55,875 bases of DNA from contig JBBSWH010000002.1 of the NCBI GenBank assembly GCA_038046385.1, forward strand, positions 1-55,875, read 5' to 3'. The DNA comes from Nanobdellota archaeon (GTDB taxonomy: Archaea > Nanobdellota > Nanobdellia > Woesearchaeales > GW2011-AR4). Under the pieces are notes generated by a model, which saw only the letters and a program-made list of their open reading frames with translations, was not told where the DNA came from and did no database searches. Shown here in pieces: positions 35,754 to 45,095 of the stretch; within the stretch, counting starts at the first letter, position 1; every line of letters starts with the position of its first letter. Position numbers and translations under genes: made by a program.

Positions 35754-38357
35754 TTAAGCAGTTACTACTGGTGCCACTACCTTAGGGGCTGGTGCAGCTA
35801 CTGTCAATTGGTTGTTAACTTTCTTGACTTCTACACTTGTTCCCTTTAGCTGTGACTTGTAGTCCTTGTAGTTTGCTACAACTGCTGCTGCGTTTCTTGT
35901 ATCAACTGCATTGTAACCTGCTACCAACATAGCCACGTTGCCGTTTGAGTGCTCGTACAACTTTAGCATACCTACGCCTGGTTCGAATCCAGCTTCACAA
36001 TTAGCTGGGTTGCCCATAACGGTTGCTGCTGCTGCGTTTGCACATGGTCCACCTACCAATATTGAGTTAACTGCGTTCACATCAGATACTTCTGATGCAA
36101 GCTTAGCTGCTCCAACATCGATTCTCTGAACCATTACAGCGTCTGTTGATGATGCTGCTGTCTCAGTGAATGAGACGCCCTGTCCGGTTACATACACCAA
36201 AGGTGTTCTCTGAACACTTGGGTAAGTTACGAACAATTCTTCTGGGCTGCTTGTTGGGCTTGTCAACTGCACAAATGCACCATATGCTGTGTAAGCATAT
36301 GTGTTGTCATCATCATCCTGTGGAGACAGGAAGTTTAGGTTGTTTGCTGATTCAGCAATGCTTAATTCTGAATCAGATCCTGCAGTGATTACAAACGATA
36401 ATCCGTGTGCAACCAAGTTATCTGTGGCATCAGCATTTGGTGTTGAGATGTTAACAAAAATCCCCGGTGTGGATGTCTTGTTAATTGCTATCTTTGCACC
36501 CTCTTTGGTGTTTATGGTTGTTACCAAAGAATTGCCTCCAAATGTCTCTCCTCCAGACAGGACAGTTCCTGAACCATCTGTGTCGACCATAATGTTGAAG
36601 TCATCAACTTTTGCGTTTGACAGGTTGTACACCCTAAAGGTTCCGCCACCAAGCTTTAGCTGAGCAACTTCGACAGGAGCCGAAATGGAAATATTTGTTC
36701 CATCTGGACCTACAACACCTGCAGTTGTTACTGCAGTTCCTGTGCTCAAACTTTTTTCAATGGTCTCTCCTGTTCCGAGGTTCTCGAACTTTATAACTGG
36801 ACTTTCGTCAGTCAATGCGTCTGATGATTTGTAACGCAAGGCATATGACTGCCTCTCACCATCATCGTCAGAAGAATAGTCTGTTACGATGAAATAGTCA
36901 TTAGTGTCTATTGACGAGTTCTCGCTTACATGAAGGTTGTCATCGCTGTCTCCCAATGTCACAGCACTTGCTGTTCCGTGTACAAAAGGCACTTTTACAT
37001 TGTTGCCTGAGCCATCAGTGAATACCAAATTGTAGTCATCGTCGCCTGCTGATCTTATTTCAACCTTTGAGGTTGACGCTGAAGACAAACCTTTGTATTC
37101 AACATCCCAGTTCCTTGTGAACAAGGCATCTGCTTCTGAGCCTGTTGCTGCAATAGCATCACTCAACTTCTTGCCAGCTGCTACGTAAAAGTCATCATCA
37201 GCTGAGATGTTGACAGCTATCTTGTCAATCTTGAAAGTTGTGTCATCATCTGTACCTTCAACAAACACATTAGCATTGTCGATTGTTTCGTCGTCTATTT
37301 TTAATTCATGGCTGCTTGCTGTATCACTTATGTTTGTGTCTCTCAGTTCAACCTTCTGTGCGCCTATAAAGAATGTTGCACTGTGGATACCGCCAGCATA
37401 GTCCTGATACAAAATATCAGTTACACCAACTGTGGTGCCATCTGCTAGCTTGTCCGTGTCTCCGTCCTTTAGCTTTCTTGTTAACTGGCCGTTTACACTG
37501 AACTGAGCCTCGTCAGTATCAACATAGTTTAATGATACTTCGTAAGCTTTTCCGCTTATTTCGTAGTTCTTTGATGCCTGCTCAACTAGAGTGTCTTTCT
37601 TTGCTCCGCCCATCAATGTAAGAACAACATTCTCACCGCCGGTACCTGTTCTCCTTGCAGTTACAATGTCGTATTGCTTGCCTAGCATTACCAAGGGCAT
37701 ATCCTCAAAGTCTGTAAGGTACAACCCCGTTGTTGATGCTGAACCTGTTGAATCGTCAACGTCGCTCTCTGGCTGCGTTGTGAATTCAAGCTCGTATCTT
37801 GCAATCTGCTGTCCACGAGGGAAATACAAAAAGTCAGCTGTTGTGTCTGTGTCTGTTTCTTCTGTGTAAATCACATAGCCGGTTGTTGTATCTTCAAAGT
37901 ATAGTCTCTGTTCATAATCTGCTGTTCCTTTTGTGTTGGAAATTTTTCCATCTGCAAGTAATCCTGGAAGCTCTGCGCTGTCTATGGAACTTGTTATTGT
38001 TGCAATTGCTTCTGAGCTTCCTGCTAAAAATCCTGCGTCTAGGTTTTCTGTCAACTCTAGAATTTTTGTTGTTGTTCCTACTTTCCAAGCATCTCCTTCA
38101 GCTGAAAGATCTGATGCGCCGCCTGTTGCGACTTTCTTGGTAGCTGCGAACTGCAGGCTTGAGATTATGTCGGATATTCCGATTACGTCTTCTGCTGCTG
38201 CTTTGTTACCAACGATTAGAACGCCGTTGAATTTTCCATCCTTTATGAATGGTGCTGGGTAATTTCCCAAATCTGCTGCTGCCATTACTGAAGAACCAAG
38301 CATTATAGCTCCTGTTCCTAGGGCAATCATTCTCTTTATGGTTTTTTGAAATCTCAT
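35754..38357 (-). CDS. Major S-layer protein (867 aa)
   Basis: Signal peptide, DLGNYPAPF..VG..AAAEDVIG N-terminus, ILVGGPCAN..LVAGY..DTRNAA C-terminus; acidic, T/D-rich; GGAGGTG RBS. Confidence 0.9.
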   Translation of the reverse strand: MRFQKTIKRMIALGTGAIMLGSSVMAAADLGNYPAPFIKDGKFNGVLIVGNKAAAEDVIGISDIISSLQFAATKKVATGGASDLSAEGDAWKVGTTTKILELTENLDAGFLAGSSEAIATITSSIDSAELPGLLADGKISNTKGTADYEQRLYFEDTTTGYVIYTEETDTDTTADFLYFPRGQQIARYELEFTTQPESDVDDSTGSASTTGLYLTDFEDMPLVMLGKQYDIVTARRTGTGGENVVLTLMGGAKKDTLVEQASKNYEISGKAYEVSLNYVDTDEAQFSVNGQLTRKLKDGDTDKLADGTTVGVTDILYQDYAGGIHSATFFIGAQKVELRDTNISDTASSHELKIDDETIDNANVFVEGTDDDTTFKIDKIAVNISADDDFYVAAGKKLSDAIAATGSEADALFTRNWDVEYKGLSSASTSKVEIRSAGDDDYNLVFTDGSGNNVKVPFVHGTASAVTLGDSDDNLHVSENSSIDTNDYFIVTDYSSDDDGERQSYALRYKSSDALTDESPVIKFENLGTGETIEKSLSTGTAVTTAGVVGPDGTNISISAPVEVAQLKLGGGTFRVYNLSNAKVDDFNIMVDTDGSGTVLSGGETFGGNSLVTTINTKEGAKIAINKTSTPGIFVNISTPNADATDNLVAHGLSFVITAGSDSELSIAESANNLNFLSPQDDDDNTYAYTAYGAFVQLTSPTSSPEELFVTYPSVQRTPLVYVTGQGVSFTETAASSTDAVMVQRIDVGAAKLASEVSDVNAVNSILVGGPCANAAAATVMGNPANCEAGFEPGVGMLKLYEHSNGNVAMLVAGYNAVDTRNAAAVVANYKDYKSQLKGTSVEVKKVNNQLTVAAPAPKVVAPVVTA

Positions 38358-38775
38358 CTTCTAAACACCTCCAAGTGTTTTGTTTTTTATCGTCTTCATG
38401 TATAATATCTGAATATTATACGCTCGTAGTAATACCTCATATAAAGTATCCTACAACACAAAAGTATCATAATCCATATTTAAAGCTTTTGGTATCTTTG
38501 CTATTAGAATATATATTTTGTAGTATAGATATCTTGTCATTTTACGTATGAAAACAATTGAAAAGTTACGTTAATTTATTAATTTTCCTATAGTTCTAGA
38601 AGATAGTTCTAGTAGTTGAAAGCATAATTATCTATTCTGTTTAAATTAGTTTAAAAAATGAAACTAAGGCGCCTTTGCCCTATTATATATAGGCTGGTCA
38701 AAATTGTGCCGAGAACCGTATCCAGTCAGGGTTGGTAAGCCAAACTTTTAAATAACACATGGAATTCTTGGGTTT

Positions 38776-40008
38776 ATGGCAAAACAAACAATATCTTTGT
38801 GCATGATAGTAAAAGACGAAGAAAACTATCTTGAGCAGTGCTTAAGCTCTGCAAAAGGGCTTGCTGATGAAATCATAATTGTCGACACAGGAAGCAAAGA
38901 CAAGACAAAAGAGATTGCAAAGAAGTTCAATGCAAAGGTGTTTGATTTCAAATGGAATGATGATTTCTCTGCTGCAAGGAACGAAAGCCTGAAGCATGCA
39001 GCAAAAGACTGGATTCTTGTGCTTGATGCTGACGAAAGTTTATCCAAAGAAAGTGTTGCTGCAATAAAGAAAATTGTTGAAAACGAAGAGAATGATGCTT
39101 ATTCTTTTGTGCAGAAAAATTACAATGATAGTTCATCTGTTGCAGGATTTGTTGCAGAAGAGCACAAAAACATAGAAAAAACGTATGCAGGGTGGTATGG
39201 TTCCCTGATTACAAGAATGTTCAGGAACAAAAAAGACTACAAATTCAAAGGGATGGTGCATGAAACAGTTGATTCATCTGTTGAATCAAAGCAGGGAAAA
39301 ATAGTTCCGGCAGGAATTGCAATAAACCACTATGGAAACTCTGATTCTGCTGCTGTAAAAAAGAAGATGGCATCGTATCTTGAACTTTGCAAAAAGAAAG
39401 CTGAAAAGATAAAAGATGCAAATTCATATTATGAACTTGGCGTACTTTACAAAAAAAATGATAAATCGGATGAAGCTATTGCTGCATTAAGCAAAGCAAT
39501 AAAAGCTGACAAGTCGCATTATATGGCCCATTATGAGTTAGGTATTATTTATGAGAAACAAAAGGAGCATGATAAAGCAATTGAAAGCTATAAAGGGTCA
39601 TTAAAGATAAAAGATAATAGCCCTGCTTTGGAAGCTCTTGGTGCGTGTTATCTTAAACAAGGAAATCTTAAAGACGCGTACTCTAACCTTATCAAGGCAT
39701 TGGAATTAAATCCCAATAAGCACACCATATATAATAATCTTGGCGCAGTCTTTGAAAAAGGCGGAAATTACGATGCTGCAATCAAGATATTGCTTGTTGG
39801 AATCAAAGTCAATCCAAATAATAAGATAGGCTACTACAACCTTGCAGTTGCTTTGGAGAAGAAAAAGGATTTTGCAAATGCAATCAAAAGCTATGAAAAA
39901 GCTCTTGAATTGGGCCATTCCAAGAAGGATGAAATAGAAAAAAGAATCAACGGCCTTCAGAAAGTTCTGTTAGACAGCCCAAGGTATAAGTTTAAGGTTG
40001 GCGGATAG
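38776..40008 (+). CDS. GT2 glycosyltransferase with TPR repeats
   Basis: ISLCMIVKDEE, VDTGS, DFSAARN, LDADE, VHE; tandem TPRs. Confidence 0.92.
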   Translation: MAKQTISLCMIVKDEENYLEQCLSSAKGLADEIIIVDTGSKDKTKEIAKKFNAKVFDFKWNDDFSAARNESLKHAAKDWILVLDADESLSKESVAAIKKIVENEENDAYSFVQKNYNDSSSVAGFVAEEHKNIEKTYAGWYGSLITRMFRNKKDYKFKGMVHETVDSSVESKQGKIVPAGIAINHYGNSDSAAVKKKMASYLELCKKKAEKIKDANSYYELGVLYKKNDKSDEAIAALSKAIKADKSHYMAHYELGIIYEKQKEHDKAIESYKGSLKIKDNSPALEALGACYLKQGNLKDAYSNLIKALELNPNKHTIYNNLGAVFEKGGNYDAAIKILLVGIKVNPNNKIGYYNLAVALEKKKDFANAIKSYEKALELGHSKKDEIEKRINGLQKVLLDSPRYKFKVGG

Positions 40009-40071
40009 TCATTACTTCTTAGTGATTACAGAATAGAAAGGTTTAAATATAGGATATTTGCAACTTTAGTT

Positions 40072-41418
40072 ATGAATAGAAGAAAATTTTTAGGCATATT
40101 GGCAGGGGCAGCAGCCGGCGCTCCATTTTTAGCAGATTCTGCTGTTTCAAATTTTCCTCAGCTTCAGGGATCCAAAAACAAATTGTTGCCTTTTTCAAAT
40201 AGGCAGCATCAATATGACCAGCCAACTGCTGCGGAAGCTGCAGACTTACAGCCAATTGAAAGACCGCAAATACACAATCAAAGAGACACTCTTGAAGACA
40301 AAATTGCAGAACTAATAATAACAGATAGGGGAAGTATTGGCAGTTTTTTTCCGGGAGGCATAATTTTAACTAAACAGCAAACTAGAGAGGGGCACTTGTT
40401 TGGAAAGTACCACAGCTACGATCCTGAAAGAGCGCAATCCACAGTGGAAGATGTGCTAAAAAGTGCAGCACAAATGAATAAACGGGTTCTGATTTATGAC
40501 GAAGGTGAAGGCGGTTTTGTCACGCGTATTGGAACATTGCCTGCAGCTGGGGATATTGGCAACTATTATGTCCATAACAGAATTAGAGGGACCATAACGG
40601 GAAGAGTGACTCCTTCATCAGACAAAAACACAAGAAAAAATCAGATAGTTGCATTGTTTGAAAATTATGCTAAAGAGCTGCATAACCGCGGTGTCAATGC
40701 TGTCTTGGGTCCGGTGTTGGATGTCATAATCAGTGGTAAGAATGATAATTTGATTGAAAGAGATGGAAGGTCTTTTGGCCCGAGCCACGCGGCAACAGTG
40801 GATCTTGCTCAGATGTACATAAACGCAATGCACAGATATGGAATTAGAGTAACCGGAAAGCACTTTTTAGGAGCAGGCATTCCAAAAAATGGAGATGTTC
40901 ATGAGGAGTTGGTTACACAAACCAGAAGGATACGGCCAAGGCTAAATGCAGGCAGTGTATACAGAAGGCTAAGGGAAGGTCTTGATGGAGTCATGGCCAC
41001 CCACATAAGAAACCCGGCAGACAACAATAAGCCGTATATTCTTTCAGAAGTCGCTTTGGATTACCTTACTCAGACAAAGTATCAGGATGATGGTAGAACT
41101 TACAGGGGCATAGATTTTAACGGGTTGGTCATCACAGATGATATCTTAATGAAAGGAGTGTTGGAGTATGTTAAAAGGAATAAATTAACCAAAAGGCAGC
41201 AAAAGCTTGTCGCGGGCTGCAGCAATTTGGAGTCTAAGACTGCAGTATTGGCTATTGATGCCGGCTGCAATGCAGTTATAGCTCTTCAAACAGACGTAGA
41301 CTCAATTGTTCGCGGAATAAGCTATGCATACAAAACAGGTGATTCTAAATTTAAAAACAGAGTAGATAACTCGTTTAGGAAATACCAGGAATTTGTTCAA
41401 AAATTTAATCTAAATTAA
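40072..41418 (+). CDS. Tat-exported GH3 beta-N-acetylhexosaminidase-like protein
   Basis: MNRRKFL twin-arginine signal; DEGEGG, GPVLDV, RSFG, KHFLGAG..DVH, ITDD. Confidence 0.8.
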   Translation: MNRRKFLGILAGAAAGAPFLADSAVSNFPQLQGSKNKLLPFSNRQHQYDQPTAAEAADLQPIERPQIHNQRDTLEDKIAELIITDRGSIGSFFPGGIILTKQQTREGHLFGKYHSYDPERAQSTVEDVLKSAAQMNKRVLIYDEGEGGFVTRIGTLPAAGDIGNYYVHNRIRGTITGRVTPSSDKNTRKNQIVALFENYAKELHNRGVNAVLGPVLDVIISGKNDNLIERDGRSFGPSHAATVDLAQMYINAMHRYGIRVTGKHFLGAGIPKNGDVHEELVTQTRRIRPRLNAGSVYRRLREGLDGVMATHIRNPADNNKPYILSEVALDYLTQTKYQDDGRTYRGIDFNGLVITDDILMKGVLEYVKRNKLTKRQQKLVAGCSNLESKTAVLAIDAGCNAVIALQTDVDSIVRGISYAYKTGDSKFKNRVDNSFRKYQEFVQKFNLN

Positions 41419-41425
41419 TTAAGTT

Positions 41426-42277
41426 TTATCTCCCCAATATTTTATAAAAAGTGTCAAATATCGGCGTGTCTGTTATCGCTAAACTGTAAGAAATCCCGAG
41501 CTTGCTGCACACATCTTCTATCTTTGCGCAGTGGTCGTCAAGCTTCTGCTGATATTCCATTCTTAATCTAGGGCTTATGAACGTGCGAAGCATTCCTTTT
41601 GTTTCAGAATCAACCAGCTTAAAGTCTCCCTCAAACTTCAGCTCTTTTTCTGTCCTGTCAAGAACTTGAACAATTTTTATTTCGTGATTGCCAAGCATGT
41701 AAAGTGATTCTCTTAACTCTTCTATGTTGACAAGAAAATCCGAAGCTATGACAAGCATAGACTTTGTGCCTATCACCTTTTTGTATTGTCTTATTGTATC
41801 AAGCAGCTTTGAAGTTCCCTTTGGCTTTATCCCATTCAAATGCTGAATCATTGCTGCAAGGTGCCCCATCCCCCTTTTTGGCTGGAACACGTTAAGGTCT
41901 TCTGCAAAAGTTGAAAATTGGAACTTCTCGTTGTCTCGCATTGCAAGATAGCCGAAACCGACGCCAATCATTGCGGCGTAATCAAATTTCGATACTGGCT
42001 TGCCGAAATCCATGGAAGCACTCTTGTCTATTAGTATGTGCACTGTCAGGTTTTTCTCTTCTTCCTGCACCTTGATGAAATGATTGTCTGTTCTTGCATA
42101 GACTTTCCAGTCTATCATCCTTATGTCATCGCCCGGCGCATAGATTCTGTAATCCTTAAACGTCATCCCGTGCCCGCCAGCAAGAGACTTTTTTGATCCT
42201 GTTAAGTTAGAAGTTACCCTTTTGTTCACAACAAGATTGAATCTTGTCAACTGGTCAAGGAAAGATGTTGTTATCAT
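41426..42277 (-). CDS. DUF58 (vWA-like) protein
   Basis: FKDYRIYAPGDDIRMIDWKVYART, DKSASM, SDF. Confidence 0.93.
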   Translation of the reverse strand: MITTSFLDQLTRFNLVVNKRVTSNLTGSKKSLAGGHGMTFKDYRIYAPGDDIRMIDWKVYARTDNHFIKVQEEEKNLTVHILIDKSASMDFGKPVSKFDYAAMIGVGFGYLAMRDNEKFQFSTFAEDLNVFQPKRGMGHLAAMIQHLNGIKPKGTSKLLDTIRQYKKVIGTKSMLVIASDFLVNIEELRESLYMLGNHEIKIVQVLDRTEKELKFEGDFKLVDSETKGMLRTFISPRLRMEYQQKLDDHCAKIEDVCSKLGISYSLAITDTPIFDTFYKILGR

Positions 42278-42375
42278 TTTAGTTATTGATTATTTGATGT
42301 TTTTAATTTATAATTTTTTTAATGTGTTTTAGTTTAATGTTATCCGTTAATGCATTCGTTATTGTTTTTGTGGTT

Positions 42376-42436
42376 TTATTTTTCCGTCCTTCGGACAAAC
42401 GTTACAGCTCGCTGGCACCACAACCAGCTCGCCAAT
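42376..42436 (-). repeat. GCGAGC-hairpin element copy C
   Basis: TTATTTTTCCGTCCTTCGGACAAAC..GCTCGCTGGCACCACAACCAGCTCGCCAAT. Confidence 0.85.
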
Positions 42437-42447
42437 ATATTTTTACA

Positions 42448-42625
42448 GTGCCCTCGAAGAGGGTACCTTTTTTGATGAAACTTTTTTCGAAATGTCGAAA
42501 ATCATTGATTTTCGAGCACCCAGCAAATCTTCGATTTGCGTGGAAAAGTTTCCCAGTGCAAATTGGACAAAGTCCAATTGCACACTTGAGCTCTGCTCAA
42601 GTTGTGTCAACGGACGGAACCGTTG
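42448..42625. repeat. Dense array of six or more short palindromes
   Basis: CCCTCGAAGAGGG; CGAAAATC-ATT-GATTTTCG; GCAAATC-TTC-GATTTGC; AATTGGAC-AAA-GTCCAATT; ACTTGAGC-TCT-GCTCAAGT; CAACGG..CCGTTG. Confidence 0.8.
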
Positions 42626-42626
42626 T

Positions 42627-43562
42627 TTACTTCACCCGGTCTAAAACCGCCTTTATCGCGTCTTCAACAGTCATTCCTTTTCTTTCAGCTTCAAAGTTCA
42701 AAATGACACGGTGCCTCAAGACAGGGTATGCAAGCACATTAATGTCGTCATTGCTCACGTGGTTCCTGCCCTGTATCAAAGCCCTTGCCTTGGAAGCAAG
42801 TGTCAGCGATATTGATGCCCTTGGCGACGCTCCGTACTGGAAGATTTCCTTGTTTGACCTTGTAGCGGCGATTATCTTGACAATTCTCTGTTTTATGTCA
42901 TTCGCAATCGGAACCTGCCTTGTCAATCCCTGCAGAGTCAGCAGATGATTCTTGTTCAGCATGACCTTCAGCTTGTTTTCCCTGATTTCTGCAGCATACC
43001 TGTCCACTATCTCGATTTCCTGTTCAACTGTCGGATACGAAACTTTTATCTTTAGCAAAAACCTGTCTGCCTGCGCTTCCGGCAAAGGATATGTTCCTTC
43101 CTGTTCTATCGGGTTTTGCGTCGCTAAGACAAAAAACGGAAGATCCAACTTGTAAGTGTTGTTGCCGACAGTAACTTGCTTTTCCTGCATCGCCTCAAGA
43201 AGTGCTGATTGTGTTTTTGGTGTTGCCCTGTTGATTTCATCTGCAAGCACGATGTTCGCGAATATCGGCCCTGGCTGGAACTTAAACTGCCTTTTTCCTG
43301 AAACTTCCTCAATTATGTAAGTTCCGGTTATATCAGACGGCATCAAATCCGGTGTATTCTGTATTCTGCTGAACTTCAGGTCCATCAGCTGCGCAAGCGT
43401 CTTCACCGTAAGTGTTTTCGCCAATCCGGGATATCCTTCCAGAAGCGCGTTTCCGTCGCATAATATTGCAACAAGAATCTGCTCAACAGTGTCTTCTTGC
43501 CCGACTATGACCTTGCCCAGTTCCTTTTGCAATTCGTCAAAAACCTGCTTGTAATTTTTCAT
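42627..43562 (-). CDS. moxR: MoxR-family AAA+ ATPase
   Basis: EGYPGLAKT, TPDLMPSDITG, LADEINRA, ATQNPIEQEGTYPLPEAQ.DRF and GASPR. Confidence 0.96.
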   Translation of the reverse strand: MKNYKQVFDELQKELGKVIVGQEDTVEQILVAILCDGNALLEGYPGLAKTLTVKTLAQLMDLKFSRIQNTPDLMPSDITGTYIIEEVSGKRQFKFQPGPIFANIVLADEINRATPKTQSALLEAMQEKQVTVGNNTYKLDLPFFVLATQNPIEQEGTYPLPEAQADRFLLKIKVSYPTVEQEIEIVDRYAAEIRENKLKVMLNKNHLLTLQGLTRQVPIANDIKQRIVKIIAATRSNKEIFQYGASPRASISLTLASKARALIQGRNHVSNDDINVLAYPVLRHRVILNFEAERKGMTVEDAIKAVLDRVK

Positions 43563-43747
43563 TTATTGTCCACCTCTTTGGTTTAATTTTAAATTTTATT
43601 ATTTTTTAATGATTATAATTTTAATATTATTGATTTGAATTTTTATTTATTTGTTTTTTAGGGAATTATTATTTTAAATTTGATTTTTAGTTATTGAGTT
43701 TATTTTTTAATGTGATTCGTTAATGATTTTTGTTTGTTGAGTTGTGT

Positions 43748-43815
43748 TTTATTTTTCCGTTCGCTTCGCTCACAATAGTTACGCTCGCCCGCATTGCTCG
43801 CCTATTTATTGTACC
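43748..43815 (-). repeat. GCGAGC-hairpin element copy D (diverged)
   Basis: TTATTTTTCCGT-TCGCTTCGCTC-ACAA..GCTCGCCCGCATTGCTCGCCTATTTATTG. Confidence 0.7.
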
Positions 43816-43827
43816 GTGCCATTTGTT

Positions 43828-44598
43828 TTAACTCTCTGCAATCTTCTTGAAATAAGCTTTCACAAGTTCCTGCTGCTCCTGCGGGATTGTCTCTTCGTAA
43901 GCAACTGTTTCCTTTACTCCAATCTCCTGCGGGAAAGTCGTTTCAAACTTTTGCTGCGTTGAGTCCCCTTCTTCTTTCACATTGACCTTGAAATCTATAG
44001 GTTTTATCCTTATGTTAAGCTCATTGTCTCCAAGGCTTGCAATATCATTCTTCCCGTATATATCGTTGCTGGTATTCAGCTGTGTTGCCACCATATTTCC
44101 TACACTTTTAAGATTTTTTGTCTCAAATATGCTCGGTATTTTTTGCTTTGCAAGCTCAAGCACTTTTAAGTTAAGAGTGGATGCAAATATAATCAAAAAT
44201 GAAAGGACCATCACTGCAAATATTTTATAGGAGATGCTTCTCGGGTTTATGAACATTGAAAGGCTGACATTCTTTATCTCGCTGGTCACTTCATATTTCA
44301 GCTCTTCTGCAATCGGATTGTCAAGGTTCATATTGTCTGCTGCTGTCCTTAATTTTTCCCTTAAAGGCTCGTATTTGCTTTCAACAAGGCGTGATTTTGA
44401 TGATCTTAAGCTGATGTATGTGTAAAATGCCAGATAAGCTATTGCAGGAGCAAGAGCATACATTGGAGTAAAATCAAAAAGAGATAAAACAAGGTAAAAA
44501 GTAAGGAAAACTAGTGTCGTATTCACTATGTTCTCAAACATTATAATCTCGTTAAGAGTCCTGTTCACTTCCTTTATTACGCTTGGAAACTGTTTCAT
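43828..44598 (-). CDS. Membrane protein of the MoxR/vWA operon
   Basis: Three TMs, LREKLRTAADN, ELVKAYF C-terminus; likely start MKQFP. Confidence 0.8.
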   Translation of the reverse strand: MKQFPSVIKEVNRTLNEIIMFENIVNTTLVFLTFYLVLSLFDFTPMYALAPAIAYLAFYTYISLRSSKSRLVESKYEPLREKLRTAADNMNLDNPIAEELKYEVTSEIKNVSLSMFINPRSISYKIFAVMVLSFLIIFASTLNLKVLELAKQKIPSIFETKNLKSVGNMVATQLNTSNDIYGKNDIASLGDNELNIRIKPIDFKVNVKEEGDSTQQKFETTFPQEIGVKETVAYEETIPQEQQELVKAYFKKIAES

Positions 44599-45080
44599 TA
44601 TGATGTTCCCTGGCACGCTGCCAAATCTTCTTCCAAATCATTAATATCTCCCTTAAGGTTCACTATCTGCTTGTTTAACGTCGCAGCGAGCTGCACCTGC
44701 GTTGCCAATTGGCCTTGAGTATCTGATAATTTTGAGGCTGTTGATTCAAGCTGTGATTTAGTTGATGCAAGCTCAACTTCAAGTTTTTTCTTTGCCGCTT
44801 CAAGGGCATCTCTTTCCCCCCTCACATCCGTAAACTGAGTGCTTAGGTCTTCTTCCTTTTGTTTTTTCAATTGTAATTGAACGCTTGTCTGGTTCAGTTC
44901 TGTTTTTTTCGTCTCAAGCTGCTTCGTTATTGCATCAAGCGCTTTTATCTGCGTTTCATAGCTTTTTGTAACGTTCTTGAAAGTTGTCTGGTAATAAACA
45001 GTAAATCCGCTGAACATCAGCAGCGCAGCCGCTATAAGCAGCAGCAATCCCAAATTAATATCACGTCTCATAAATGCCAT
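44598..45080 (-). CDS. Membrane-anchored coiled-coil protein
   Basis: N-terminal TM, long heptad repeat; GGGAGG RBS. Confidence 0.8.
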   Translation of the reverse strand: MAFMRRDINLGLLLLIAAALLMFSGFTVYYQTTFKNVTKSYETQIKALDAITKQLETKKTELNQTSVQLQLKKQKEEDLSTQFTDVRGERDALEAAKKKLEVELASTKSQLESTASKLSDTQGQLATQVQLAATLNKQIVNLKGDINDLEEDLAACQGTS

Positions 45081-45095
45081 TTTATTTCCTCCCGA

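Noticed and set aside
38668-38740. Possible ncRNA between the S-layer and GT2 genes
   Set aside because: Slightly GC-rich with a CCTA-N-TAGG palindrome, but no C/D boxes, tRNA fold or known motif identified.
40282-40310. TLEDKI in the GH3 as part of the accessory N-terminal motif
   Set aside because: TLEEK-type sequence is the ordinary start of GH3 catalytic domains.
42322-42948. 208-aa plus-strand ORF
   Set aside because: Antisense to moxR and runs through the palindrome array; no protein-like features.
25474-43815. CRISPR array interpretation of the repeated GCTCGCTGGCACC unit
   Set aside because: Copies are kilobases apart, in both orientations, without regular spacers or cas genes.
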